DNA of 64,000 nt from Microcoleus sp. (GCA_052279835.1 CP181291.1:1824001-1888000), one strand, 5' to 3'. Counted from the first letter of the stretch, positions 42,334 through 51,969 are shown. Program-made: numbers and translations. The notes: generated from the sequence alone by a model not told the origin.

Positions 42334-42498
42334 GTTACTCAACACTCCTTAAGTTAAATTCGAGATAATGTTTATTTTTTGTACTCTATTATTAAGACAC
42401 AAACTGATCCGCCTGTGGCGATCGCTCTGAAAGCTTTATGATTGCTTTAGTTCAGACTTGGAAAGAATGTGTTCGGCAATTATTTATCATAGTAAACA

Positions 42499-44049
42499 AT
42501 GCCAAAACCTCGAATACAATATATTTGTCGGGAATGTGGGTATGAGTCGCCACAATATTTTGGCAGATGTCCTAGCTGTCAGAAGTGGGATTCTTTCGAC
42601 GAGCAGGTAGAACAATCTACCATTGCCGTACCACGGGCTGGTTTGACAGGGGTAACGACTAAGGCAGCAGGCGGTGCACCTCCTGATAAATCCAAGGGTC
42701 AACCCAGGGTATCTTTTAGATTATCGCAGATTGCTGACCAAACTCAATCTCGCTGGCCTTCGGGCTATGCTGAGTTCGATCGCGTGTTGGGAGGTGGTAT
42801 TGTTCCCGGTTCCCTGGTATTGATTGGGGGGGAACCGGGGATTGGGAAATCGACGTTGTTGTTGCAGGTGGCGAATCAGTTGGCGCGCAAGGATCGCATA
42901 CTGTATGTAAGTGCCGAGGAGTCTGGCCAGCAGGTGAAATTGCGATCGCAACGTTTGGGAGTCGCTAATCCGGTTGATTTGTCAAGTAAGAACTCTGATT
43001 TATCTGACAGTAACGGACACGCTAATAACGGGGCTGATCCAACTGATTCTGAGGATCATTCAGCGGATAATTTCTACTTACTTCCAGAGACGGATTTAGA
43101 AGTTGTGTTGCGGGAATTGGAAGCGCTAAAACCGAATGTAGCAGTTATTGACAGTATCCAGACTATTTATTTTGCTAGTTTAACATCAGCACCCGGATCG
43201 GTGGCTCAGGTGCGGGAATGTACCTCGGCTTTGATGCAGGTGGCAAAAAGAGAAAATATTACGTTATTTATTGTGGGTCATGTTACCAAAGATGGAGGTT
43301 TAGCCGGGCCGAGGGTCTTGGAACATTTAGTAGATACTGTACTATATTTTGAGGGCGATCGCTTTGCTTCCCATCGACTGTTGCGATCGATGAAAAACCG
43401 TTTCGGTGCAACTCATGAAATCGGAGTCTTTGAAATGGTAGCCGAGGGATTGCGAGAAGTAGACAATCCATCGGAGCTATTTTTAGGAAATCGGGACGAG
43501 TTTTCCCCCGGTACATCAACGACAGTGACTTGCGAAGGAACGAGACCAATTTTAGTAGAAATTCAAGCCTTAGTCAGCCCTGCAAGTTTTGGTTCCCCCC
43601 GCCGTTCTACCACGGGAGTGGATAATAGTAGATTGCAACAAATTTTAGCAGTTTTGGAAAAAAGAGTTGGGATTCCCCTGTCGAAATTAGATACAATTGT
43701 AGCATCCGTGGGAGGGTTGAAGGTAGAAGAACCGGCGGCGGATTTGGCAGTGGCGATCGCTGTTGTAGCCAGTTTTCGCGATCGCATAGTTGATGCTAGG
43801 ACAGTGTTACTAGGAGAAGTCGGTTTAGGTGGACAAGTTCGCCCTGTTTCTCAATTAGAATTAAGGCTGAGAGAAGCCGCGAAACTAGGTTTTAAAAAAG
43901 CAATTATTCCTAAGAATCAACCCGTGCCAAATTTGGGGATGCAGATTATTCCAGTCGCCAAGGTAATTGATGCAATCATTGCAGCTATTCCCGCAACTCC
44001 CACTCAATTGCAGTCCATTGAAGTCGAGGAAATGGAAGAAATGGAGTAA
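42499..44049 (+). CDS. radA: DNA repair protein RadA/Sms
   Basis: Zn finger CRECG...CPSC, Walker A GEPGIGKS, KNRFG motif and a Lon-like C-terminus. Confidence 0.96.
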   Translation: MPKPRIQYICRECGYESPQYFGRCPSCQKWDSFDEQVEQSTIAVPRAGLTGVTTKAAGGAPPDKSKGQPRVSFRLSQIADQTQSRWPSGYAEFDRVLGGGIVPGSLVLIGGEPGIGKSTLLLQVANQLARKDRILYVSAEESGQQVKLRSQRLGVANPVDLSSKNSDLSDSNGHANNGADPTDSEDHSADNFYLLPETDLEVVLRELEALKPNVAVIDSIQTIYFASLTSAPGSVAQVRECTSALMQVAKRENITLFIVGHVTKDGGLAGPRVLEHLVDTVLYFEGDRFASHRLLRSMKNRFGATHEIGVFEMVAEGLREVDNPSELFLGNRDEFSPGTSTTVTCEGTRPILVEIQALVSPASFGSPRRSTTGVDNSRLQQILAVLEKRVGIPLSKLDTIVASVGGLKVEEPAADLAVAIAVVASFRDRIVDARTVLLGEVGLGGQVRPVSQLELRLREAAKLGFKKAIIPKNQPVPNLGMQIIPVAKVIDAIIAAIPATPTQLQSIEVEEMEEME

Positions 44050-44055
44050 GATCAA

Positions 44056-44151
44056 TTTCATAAAGTAGCGCTACATATCTACCCCCCCAACCCCCCCTTG
44101 CCAAGGGGGGGCTTTGAACTACATCTGTAGTAGGACTTTATGAAAATGGTA
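44056..44151. mobile_element. ~96 bp miniature element with 9-bp target-site duplication
   Basis: TAAGATCAA at 44047-44055 and 44152-44160. Inverted repeat TTTCATAAAGT (44056-66) / ACTTTATGAAA (44135-45). Internal CCCCCCCTTGCCAAGGGGGGG hairpin. Confidence 0.75.
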
Positions 44152-44156
44152 TAAGA

Positions 44157-45560
44157 TCAAAAAATCATCTTAACATATTGTTTTAACACAGGTGGAATCG
44201 TGAAAATCGTTTCAGATTCACAGCTCAATTTTGCAATGATGCCCCGTCTGTCTAAAGATTGAATTGCTTTAAATAATTCGCCCTGGGAACCTTGACATTT
44301 TGACATCAATAAGGTCAAGGAAACAGGTTCGGTTTCATTGCTGATTAGGGCGATCGCCTGTTTTTCTATTTCCGACAACCGCTGATAGTGCTGCTGCAAT
44401 ATCGGTGTCAATTCGTCACCTAAAAATACTGGTTGATAGCTTAAATATTGAGAGACTCTACCGCCAAATAAGTTTTTTATAGTTTGAGCGACTAATTTTA
44501 ACCATAAGGGATTACCTTGATAAAGGTCAATTAATTCTGGCCATTGTTCTTCATCCAATAAACGTTTCTCTCTCAGAATTTCTGTTGCTGCTTCACCTAA
44601 ACCGGTTAACTGCAACAAACAGACTGCTGAATTATCGTCGGTGAATGTGAGGATGTCTGAGGGGGGTTCCCAACTATTGAGGATTAAGCAGCTATTGTGG
44701 GGAATTTCGCCGATGAGTTTAAATAGGGTTCCGTAATTTTCATATCCGGGTTTGTAATTTCCTGCAAGTTGCCCGCTGCTGAGTATTTGCTGCACGTCAT
44801 CTAGGATAATGAGACAGCGATTTTCGCGCAATGTTTCTATCAGGATTGACAACTGAGCATCGATGTTGGCGGGTATGTTAATTTCTGGTTGATTTGAGAG
44901 AAATTGAATCAGGTTTTTGAGGGTGGTTTCTAGGGGTGGGGAGGTGCGGAGACTGCGCCAGATGATGCGATCGAACTGAGTTTGAATTTGGGGGATGAGG
45001 TTACGGGCGATCGCGCTTTTGCCGGTGCCACTCATGCCTGTGATGGTGAGGAGGCGGCAGTTTTGGCGGGCGATCGCATTTTCGAGGGTGGTGAGGGGTG
45101 AGGATGTGGAATTGTAGAAGGTTTTGATCTCCGGTGCATCTCTTAAATCAACTCGCGGTTTCTGTTGGGTGTTGTCTTCAGTTGAGGTTTGCGTTGGGGG
45201 TGAGTTTTGTGGAGTTTTTGGAGGATGTGAGTTTTCTGTGCAAACGTTGATGCTACCTTTGTTTTGTACAAGGTTAAAGTTTACAAAATTAGAAGATTTA
45301 GAAATTTCATACCTCTCTATTGTGGAGCGCAAATTTGATTTCATTACATCTTCATCTAATATTTCTGAAAGAGTTTGCCATAACTTTGAGGCAATATTTC
45401 TGACATGGCGTTCAGTACAATGAACCTCTTTAGAAATTTCGGAGTATCTTTTACCTTGCCACGTTCCCCGTACTACTGCCTGCTGCATATCGTCCAATCG
45501 TTTGCCCGTCTTAGCGAACACCAAGCCATCGGCAAACCTTAAGAGTTCTTGAACATCCAT
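44157..45560 (-). CDS. HTH - NB-ARC (STAND) NTPase - winged helix, with no C-terminal sensor repeats
   Basis: N-terminal HTH (GTWQGKRYSEISKEVHCTERHVRNIASKLW), Walker A GMSGTGKS, Walker B LIILDDV, GxP motif YQGNPLWL. Confidence 0.82.
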   Translation of the reverse strand: MDVQELLRFADGLVFAKTGKRLDDMQQAVVRGTWQGKRYSEISKEVHCTERHVRNIASKLWQTLSEILDEDVMKSNLRSTIERYEISKSSNFVNFNLVQNKGSINVCTENSHPPKTPQNSPPTQTSTEDNTQQKPRVDLRDAPEIKTFYNSTSSPLTTLENAIARQNCRLLTITGMSGTGKSAIARNLIPQIQTQFDRIIWRSLRTSPPLETTLKNLIQFLSNQPEINIPANIDAQLSILIETLRENRCLIILDDVQQILSSGQLAGNYKPGYENYGTLFKLIGEIPHNSCLILNSWEPPSDILTFTDDNSAVCLLQLTGLGEAATEILREKRLLDEEQWPELIDLYQGNPLWLKLVAQTIKNLFGGRVSQYLSYQPVFLGDELTPILQQHYQRLSEIEKQAIALISNETEPVSLTLLMSKCQGSQGELFKAIQSLDRRGIIAKLSCESETIFTIPPVLKQYVKMIF

Positions 45561-45979
45561 TTATTGGGTAGGTGTAGGAGGTTTTATCTATTTTATCAGA
45601 CTTTTTATGACTTTTTATGGCCCAGAAGGGCAAAATATGACTTTTAACGGCTAACTAATTTTATTAACTCCTGGCAAATTGTGACACGATCCTACTTTCC
45701 AATACATAAAACTTAAATTAAAATTTAGTTACGGACTTTAAAACAATCTTAGGCAACCTAAAAGATTTTAATAATGTAAATCTGATGGGCGCAACTATGC
45801 CAGATAGCACCGTGCATCCCTAACGGTTCAAAAAGTTACTCAAAATGTGGGTACATCCGTGAGTTCAGCGGTTAAAAAAGTTGCTCAAACTGTAACCGCA
45901 TCAGTGAGCGATGTTCAGGGGATTTTAGACACGTAAAATGTTCGTAAAAATTTTGTAATTTACAAGAGGATTAAAAACC

Positions 45980-46480
45980 ATGTCTAGTGCATTATCCCTA
46001 CCGCAAGCTAATTTAAAAATGGCTCTATGGCAAGTCGATGCTGATGCAATGAGTAGCACCGACTTGTATGTGTGGTTAAATGATATCGGCTTGCCGCATG
46101 AAGTCTCGATCCGGCTGCATGAACTTGCCACATACACGAAAAAAGCTGCTAACAAAGTTTTACTCATAGGCAAAATTCTCGTCATTAAAATCATAGAATT
46201 TGTCAAAGCGCATCCCCATTTAGCGATCGGGGTTGCTGTTGGTGTCGCTGTAGAAATTTTGGCAAATTCGATACCATTTGTCGGCCCGTTATTAGCACCT
46301 TTGGCAACAGCGCTGGGTATCCCAATTGGTGCCATAGCCGGCCACCGACTCGATAGAGGCCAAGAGGTGTCTGATGGAATTATTGGAATTGTTCAAGAGA
46401 TTATTGAGATTGCCAAAGCATTTTTTCAATTACTGATAGACGTTTTCAATACAATTTTCCGCAACGTCATCACTGCTTAA
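45980..46480 (+). CDS. Hypothetical protein with hydrophobic glycine-zipper-like hairpin
   Basis: GAGGA SD + ATG. Hydrophobic segment LAIGVAVGVAV...IPFVGPLLAPLATALGIPIGAIAG. Confidence 0.8.
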   Translation: MSSALSLPQANLKMALWQVDADAMSSTDLYVWLNDIGLPHEVSIRLHELATYTKKAANKVLLIGKILVIKIIEFVKAHPHLAIGVAVGVAVEILANSIPFVGPLLAPLATALGIPIGAIAGHRLDRGQEVSDGIIGIVQEIIEIAKAFFQLLIDVFNTIFRNVITA

Positions 46481-46513
46481 CTGCCCAAATTAGCAAAAAG
46501 ATTGAGGTCTAAT

Positions 46514-47044
46514 ATGTCTGCAAATAAAACGCCAACCAAAGATCAAATTCTGAAGTCAATAGAGCAACTGGAAAAAAACCCACATGATAAATTAGGCATT
46601 TTAGGAGAGATTGGTATTGGTGTGGTGGGGGCTGCCGGTGCAGGTGCGGCGGTGGCAGCTTTCGGTGGTGCATCATTTCTATTTGGGTTAGTAGCCGTTG
46701 CACCTCCCGTAGGATTAGTTGTTGGCGGTGCAGCTTTAGGTGCTGCTGGTCTTGTAGGGGTAAAACGAATGTTATTTGATGGCACTTTTAATGAGGGAAA
46801 ACAAGCAGAAATGCTGAAAAACTTAAAAGAACAGCTAAGAGATGTTGAAGCCAAAGAAAGAGCCTCTAAGCTGGGAGACAGCGATAAAACTAAATTTATT
46901 GTTTCCTTGAAAGAACCCGTCAGACTCAATTTAATTAGCCCGAAAGACGCTCAGGATTTAATTAGGGCCGTAGAAAACGGTAAAATGGCAATCAAAGAGG
47001 CGATTAAAATGGTTGAGGATGTGGTTAAAGCTGCTAAACCATAA
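46514..47044 (+). CDS. Hypothetical glycine-zipper protein with C-terminal coiled coil
   Basis: GAGG SD + ATG (MSANK). About 55-aa Gly/Ala-rich GxxxG run (GIGVVGAAGAGAAVAAFGGA...GLVVGGAALGAAGLVG). Confidence 0.8.
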   Translation: MSANKTPTKDQILKSIEQLEKNPHDKLGILGEIGIGVVGAAGAGAAVAAFGGASFLFGLVAVAPPVGLVVGGAALGAAGLVGVKRMLFDGTFNEGKQAEMLKNLKEQLRDVEAKERASKLGDSDKTKFIVSLKEPVRLNLISPKDAQDLIRAVENGKMAIKEAIKMVEDVVKAAKP

Positions 47045-47125
47045 CTGCCTTCTGACTGCGTAACCTGGGAATGCTAAGTTGTAAGTCTGCGATCGCCCTT
47101 CCTTGAGTAAGCGTGCGATCGCTCT

Positions 47126-47452
47126 TTATAAGTGACTATACTCTAATTCTTGCCATTCTCTATCTTTCTGGTAATGCTGCAACATTGCCTCAGCTTGTTT
47201 TTCTAAAATATTTCGCCTCTCTTCTAGTGGCAATTGCATAAATTATCGGCGACTGGGATAGTTAGCTAGTGTTGGTGTTTCTAAAGCTATATCCGTTGGC
47301 TGTTGTTGAATCTTACGCTGACAATTTAATGCTTCTATTCGATCGCCTTCTGTTTCCTCCGCTGCAATGTCAGCATCAATTTCCTCTCGGTTAGCATGGT
47401 AATAAGTCAAAGCTGCATAGACTTGGGTGAGAGTTAAATGCCCGATGCGATC
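47126..47452 (-). pseudogene. 5'-truncated DUF433-like antitoxin remnant fused to a second small domain, with internal stop
   Basis: The minus frame reads DRIGHLTLTQVYAALTYYHANREEIDADIAAEE...RR*FMQLPLEERRNILEKQAEAMLQHYQKDREWQEL. There is no start codon, and a TAA lies at 47243-47245. Confidence 0.7.
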
Positions 47453-47844
47453 GGAAATACACTAATCGATCCAAACTGACGGAAATGATGATCTAAGGAG
47501 AAAGCTTGATTAACTCCGAACTTTTCCATCACTACTTTACTGCTACAATCTGTAAAACTCCATCCCTTATCTGAAAATTGTCGAAAGACTTGCCAAGTTA
47601 ATCGAATATCCTCTTCTGTTAGATAATAGACGGTGGCAATTTTACCCGTAAACAACCCTTCTCCCAAAGCCATAGCTCGTGAATTATGTCCACGAACTCT
47701 CAAAAGAGTTAGTGTTTCATCTATGACATAATCTGTTGTTAGCAGAGGTTGAGTATTTTGGCGCATCCAAATGGTAGCCACCTGATGATCGGCATCTGAA
47801 GGGACTACACTAGCAAACCAAGCACTTGTATCGACCAATATCAT
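47434..47844 (-). CDS. vapC: PIN-domain VapC-family toxin
   Basis: ILVDTSAW, TTDYVIDE, SFTDC.S and AFSLDHHF acidic catalytic pattern. Confidence 0.9.
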   Translation of the reverse strand: MILVDTSAWFASVVPSDADHQVATIWMRQNTQPLLTTDYVIDETLTLLRVRGHNSRAMALGEGLFTGKIATVYYLTEEDIRLTWQVFRQFSDKGWSFTDCSSKVVMEKFGVNQAFSLDHHFRQFGSISVFPIASGI

Positions 47845-48074
47845 AGTAAATTTTGATCGGGATAAAGAATTTTATCATGGTCTCGACCAGAGAATGTATC
47901 TGCATTCTCTTCTAATGGTAAAGCTGCGATATCTGCCAGAATATCAGCAGGATTTTTATGCTCAGAATGAGACGGTTTCGGAATAACGATTATTTCAACA
48001 CTGGTTCCATCTGGGAGTTCCATTGGCTGCATTAGCCGCAACACACCCTTTTCATAAATGGCTGCAATTGTCAT
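47841..48074 (-). CDS. DUF104/AF2212-like antitoxin
   Basis: IAAIYEKGVLRL..P.ELPDGT.VEI. 4-bp overlap with the PIN toxin. Confidence 0.82.
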   Translation of the reverse strand: MTIAAIYEKGVLRLMQPMELPDGTSVEIIVIPKPSHSEHKNPADILADIAALPLEENADTFSGRDHDKILYPDQNLL

Positions 48075-48140
48075 TATTATCTCCTTGTGTTATTTGAATT
48101 AAAATCGGAAACTAACTCAGCCTTATTATAACATTAACTT

Positions 48141-48512
48141 TCATTTGTGCGACTCTATTTCAGAACCTTTCTCGCGACGCACTTCCCGCACAAGTTCGCA
48201 AATTTCTTCCATTGTTAACTCATCAGGATCGGGACTCGCTGCTTCTACTCGCCGTTCCCATTCCTCCCAGTCGAAACCTGCTACCTTCTGAAAAACAATA
48301 CTATCTGCGGTGACAGTAACTGTATATCGATCCCCAGGTTTCAGTTGAGCTTCAATCTCAGCGGGAATTGCTAACTTACCGTCGGGGTTGACAGGAACAG
48401 TAATATTTGATTTCCGAATGTACTCTTGCAGGTGTTAGACAACTCTATATTGCAGAGTTTCCGGCAGAGATTCCATGATTTTAACCAAAGTTGCGATCGC
48501 CCTTGATGACAT
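48141..48512 (-). pseudogene. AbrB/MazE-like antitoxin with premature stop (absent from the ORF track)
   Basis: GGAGG SD + ATG at 48512. Reads MSSRAIATLVKIMESLPETLQYRVV*HLQEYI...VNPDGKLAIPAEIEAQLKPGDRYTV...TMEEICELVREVRRE, with TAA at 48435-48437. Confidence 0.72.
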
Positions 48513-48642
48513 AGCTTTATCCTCCATTGTTTATACGGCTAATTAAAGTTCCTATATCAGTGATAGTTGACAAGATTTTTTCGTCGCCCATTCCCGATCG
48601 TTCTTTTATCTAAAATAGCACTGTCAGAGCAAGAGCAGTAGT

Positions 48643-48849
48643 TTAGGCACTCAATACCTCAAATGTAGTTAGCAGACGGGGGGAAGTTTTAGGCAGAGGA
48701 AATTCTTCTAAATAAAGTTCCGTTGCCTCTTTGAGATTGGCGATCGCCTCTTCTATCGTTTCTCCTTGGCTAGCCGTTCCCACTTCAGGACACTCGGCTA
48801 CATAAACATCCTCTTCCCAATAAACAATTGCCGTGAAAGTACAAGACAT
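48643..48849 (-). CDS. hicB: HicB-family antitoxin (no adjacent hicA seen)
   Basis: YVAECPEVGTASQGETIEEAIANLKEATELYLE. Confidence 0.85.
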   Translation of the reverse strand: MSCTFTAIVYWEEDVYVAECPEVGTASQGETIEEAIANLKEATELYLEEFPLPKTSPRLLTTFEVLSA

Positions 48850-48969
48850 TTTTTTGCCAAATTCTTCCTACTCAATATAGCATATCCAGTAGCGTTTTTC
48901 AGTCACGATCGCCCTTCCCATTCCTCTACGTGATATAATTAAAACTATTGCAGCCAAAAGGTGAACGGC

Positions 48970-49708
48970 ATGGTTCAACAACTCGCCCCACAAACAACAC
49001 CAGAAATCATCTATCCAGACAGCGACGGTCAACCAATGGCAGACAACACCAAACAATTCCGCTGGATTGTCACAATCAAGGAAAACCTAGAAATATTATT
49101 CGCTAATTCCCCTGACGTATTTATCGCCGGTGACTTACTCTGGTATCCCGTCGAAGGCGATAATAAAATTCGCAAAGCACCTGATATATTAGCAGTCTTT
49201 GGCAGACCAAAAGGAGACAGGGGTTCTTACAAACAATGGGAAGAAGATAATATTCCGCCTCAAGTGGTATTTGAAATATTATCCCCTGGAAATACCAGCA
49301 CAGAAATGCTCAGAAAACTATTCTTCTATCAAAACTATGGAGTAGAAGAATATTATATCTATGACCCAGATACATTAGAATTTACAGGCTCTCAACGAGT
49401 GGGCGATCGCCTAGAAGAAATCCCAGAAATCAACGGTTGGGTTAGCCCCCGGTTGGGGATACGGTTTCAACTGACACCAGAAACCCTGGAAATTTACCGC
49501 CCAGACGATCGCAAATTCCTCACTTCTGTAGAATTAGATCAACTTCGAGAACAGGAAAGCCAACGGGCCGATCGCGAACAGCAAGAAAAAGAACTTGCTC
49601 AACAACAGCTAGAAGCAGAAACGCACTCTGCGACAACAGGAACAGCAGCGCTATCAAGCTTTAATAGAATTGCTGCGAGAAAAAGGCATTGACCCCCAAC
49701 AATTGTAA
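48970..49708 (+). CDS. Uma2/DUF820 PD-(D/E)xK nuclease-like protein with +1 frameshift in the C-terminal tail
   Basis: YPDSDGQPMADNT, APD, PQVVFEILSP and GVEEYYIYDP. An extra A at 49619-49621 moves the stop to 49692; the shifted frame gives the typical LREKGIDPQQL* ending at 49708. Confidence 0.85.
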
Positions 49709-49786
49709 GGGCGATCGCCCGCCTAACACCAATTCCTCCAGACTTGCTACCCTAAAGAGAGTTCGATTTAATCAAAATCAGCAATT

Positions 49787-50677
49787 ATGAGCGGTACTGT
49801 TACATCCCCCAACAACCTCAACCAGCAGCGGCCACTCTCCACAGCATCCGCTGACACTTCGAGTTCCCTGCTGGGCGACTTCATCCAAGAAACACTCGCA
49901 TTAACCAAACGCCTGTTTATTCAATTACAGCGCCGCCCCTCGACGCTAGTTGCAGGAATTATTCAACCGCTGATGTGGTTGGTTTTGTTCGGCGCGCTGT
50001 TTGAAAATGCACCCGCCGGCTTGTTCGGAGAAAGCCAAAATTACGGACAATTTCTCGGCGCTGGTGTCATCGTTTTTACTGCCTTTGCAGGGGCGCTGAA
50101 TGCCGGTTTGCCGATTATGTTCGATCGCGAATTCGGATTTCTCAACCGCCTATTAGTCGCGCCCCTAGCTTCGAGATTTTCCATCGTCCTAGCTTCGGCT
50201 ATTTTCATCGTCACCCTCAGCTTCATCCAAACCGGCGCAATAGTCACCGCGGGCGCATTCTTGGGCGCGGGATTCCCTGGAATTGCCGGACTAGGGGCGA
50301 TCGCCCTCATAGTCCTGTTGTTAGTTTTGGGAGTCACGGGTTTGAGTCTCGGTTTAGCCTTCGCTCTTCCCGGTCACGTAGAATTAATTGCGGTAATTTT
50401 TGTTACTAACTTACCACTATTATTTGCCAGCACCGCCCTCGCGCCGCTGTCCTTTATGCCAGACTGGTTGCAAGTTGTGGTGACTCTCAATCCTCTCAGT
50501 TATGCGATCGAACCCATCCGCTATTTGTACCTGCACAGCGATTGGTCCCTAGCAAGTGTCGTCATGCAAGCTCCCTGGGGTAATGTCACCTTTGGAGGAG
50601 CGCTGTTAGTCTTGCTAGCCTTTGATGCAGTAGCATTGTTGAGCATTCAACCTCTGTTGCGACGGAGATTTGCTTAA
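49787..50677 (+). CDS. ycf38: ABC-2 type transporter permease (Ycf38-like)
   Basis: Six TMs, MFDREFGFLNRLLVAP and LNPLSYAIEPIR. Confidence 0.82.
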   Translation: MSGTVTSPNNLNQQRPLSTASADTSSSLLGDFIQETLALTKRLFIQLQRRPSTLVAGIIQPLMWLVLFGALFENAPAGLFGESQNYGQFLGAGVIVFTAFAGALNAGLPIMFDREFGFLNRLLVAPLASRFSIVLASAIFIVTLSFIQTGAIVTAGAFLGAGFPGIAGLGAIALIVLLLVLGVTGLSLGLAFALPGHVELIAVIFVTNLPLLFASTALAPLSFMPDWLQVVVTLNPLSYAIEPIRYLYLHSDWSLASVVMQAPWGNVTFGGALLVLLAFDAVALLSIQPLLRRRFA

Positions 50678-50778
50678 CCAGAATTTTCTGGAATATTTGT
50701 GCGATGTTAAATGTTAGATTTTAGATGGCTCCCACCGTGACGATCGGGGGATTGGCGATCTAAAATCTATCATTTTTC

Positions 50779-51207
50779 CTACTTACAACGACCCGCCGCC
50801 CAATTTTGATGTCCGCGATTTGGCTGACACTTTGATTGTCTGCCTATCCAAACAATTTCCCACTTATTTTGCTTGAATGCAAGTTCGATATGGTGGCGCA
50901 TTCCAGCGACAGAATCGTCAGCTAAACCAATGACTGTATGTACAATTACTGCTGTTTCTGGCAGGCGATATTCCACCGAAATTGCATCGCTTTTTCTGCC
51001 TTCAGATTCTCGATCGCTACTAAAGAGTTTAGCTGCGATATCTTTAGGGTTAGAGACGGTAATTTGGCGAGTACCCAGGAACTGTTTGACGTTAATTGAT
51101 TCGTAGTTAGAGCGAGTTGCCGGCTGCGCCATTGCTGCGATCGGAAGTTGGATGCAGGTGAAAACAGCTAGGAAAAAGAGCGATTCCTTGAGAATTAATT
51201 TATTCAT
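50779..51207 (-). CDS. Hypothetical secreted protein with C-terminal Cys pair
   Basis: ATG at 51207 overlaps the GST stop (TAATG). Signal peptide ending AMA; GLADDSV motif; C.PNRGHQNWAAG.C. Confidence 0.7.
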   Translation of the reverse strand: MNKLILKESLFFLAVFTCIQLPIAAMAQPATRSNYESINVKQFLGTRQITVSNPKDIAAKLFSSDRESEGRKSDAISVEYRLPETAVIVHTVIGLADDSVAGMRHHIELAFKQNKWEIVWIGRQSKCQPNRGHQNWAAGRCK

Positions 51208-51866
51208 TATGCTGGAGATTGTGCGAGAAATTTTTGTCTCCTTGAGGCGAAAGCAGCCAAGTCTGCTTTGGTGAATTGGGTTTGCTCGAAGGAGGGACGG
51301 GAGATTAGGCGATCGCACCAAGCTTGAATTTTCGGATAGCCGTCTATAGATACATCAACCCAAGATAGCAAAGGGACGACGGTACCGGCAACGCAATCGG
51401 CATATGTCACATGGCTGCTAGCGAAAAAAGGGCGATCGTCCAACAAACCTTCAAAGAATGCCAACACAGTATGGACTTTTTCCTTAGCCTTTTCTATTGC
51501 TTGAGGTTCAGGAATTCCCCAGCCCATTACTTCACTGATGAGGGGGTAAAGTGCCGGCCCAAGTTCATTCACCGCGACTAATTGTACCATTTTCACAACT
51601 GCCAAATCTTTCGCATCTTTCGGGAGCATCGCCGGTTCGGGATACTTCGCTTCTAAATAGTCAAGAATTGCCAGAGACTCGACGACGGTGAAGTCATCAT
51701 CGACCAAAACTGGGATGCGGTGAAAAGGATTCATTTCCACAAATTCTGGCTTTAAATGATCGCCGTCCAAGTAGATTTCTACTAATTCAAAGTCGAGGTT
51801 TTTTTCGATGAGGGCTACCCACACGCGGCGGGAGTTGCTGGAAATGGGATTATGGTAAAGTTTCAT
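51207..51866 (-). CDS. Glutathione S-transferase family protein
   Basis: KLYHNPISSNSRRV, NPFHRIPVL and ESLAILDYL. Confidence 0.92.
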   Translation of the reverse strand: MKLYHNPISSNSRRVWVALIEKNLDFELVEIYLDGDHLKPEFVEMNPFHRIPVLVDDDFTVVESLAILDYLEAKYPEPAMLPKDAKDLAVVKMVQLVAVNELGPALYPLISEVMGWGIPEPQAIEKAKEKVHTVLAFFEGLLDDRPFFASSHVTYADCVAGTVVPLLSWVDVSIDGYPKIQAWCDRLISRPSFEQTQFTKADLAAFASRRQKFLAQSPA

Positions 51867-51969
51867 AAATTTTGTCCCTGGTTATTGAGGGTGATATGTT
51901 AAGGATATAGTCAAACAACAGTCTCTTATTGGGTTTAACCTTACCTTAAGTTAACACCAATGAGCACCG

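Noticed and set aside
42955..43075. Intein or mobile insertion in radA
   Set aside because: It is only a ~30-aa low-complexity S/D/N loop with no intein terminal motifs.
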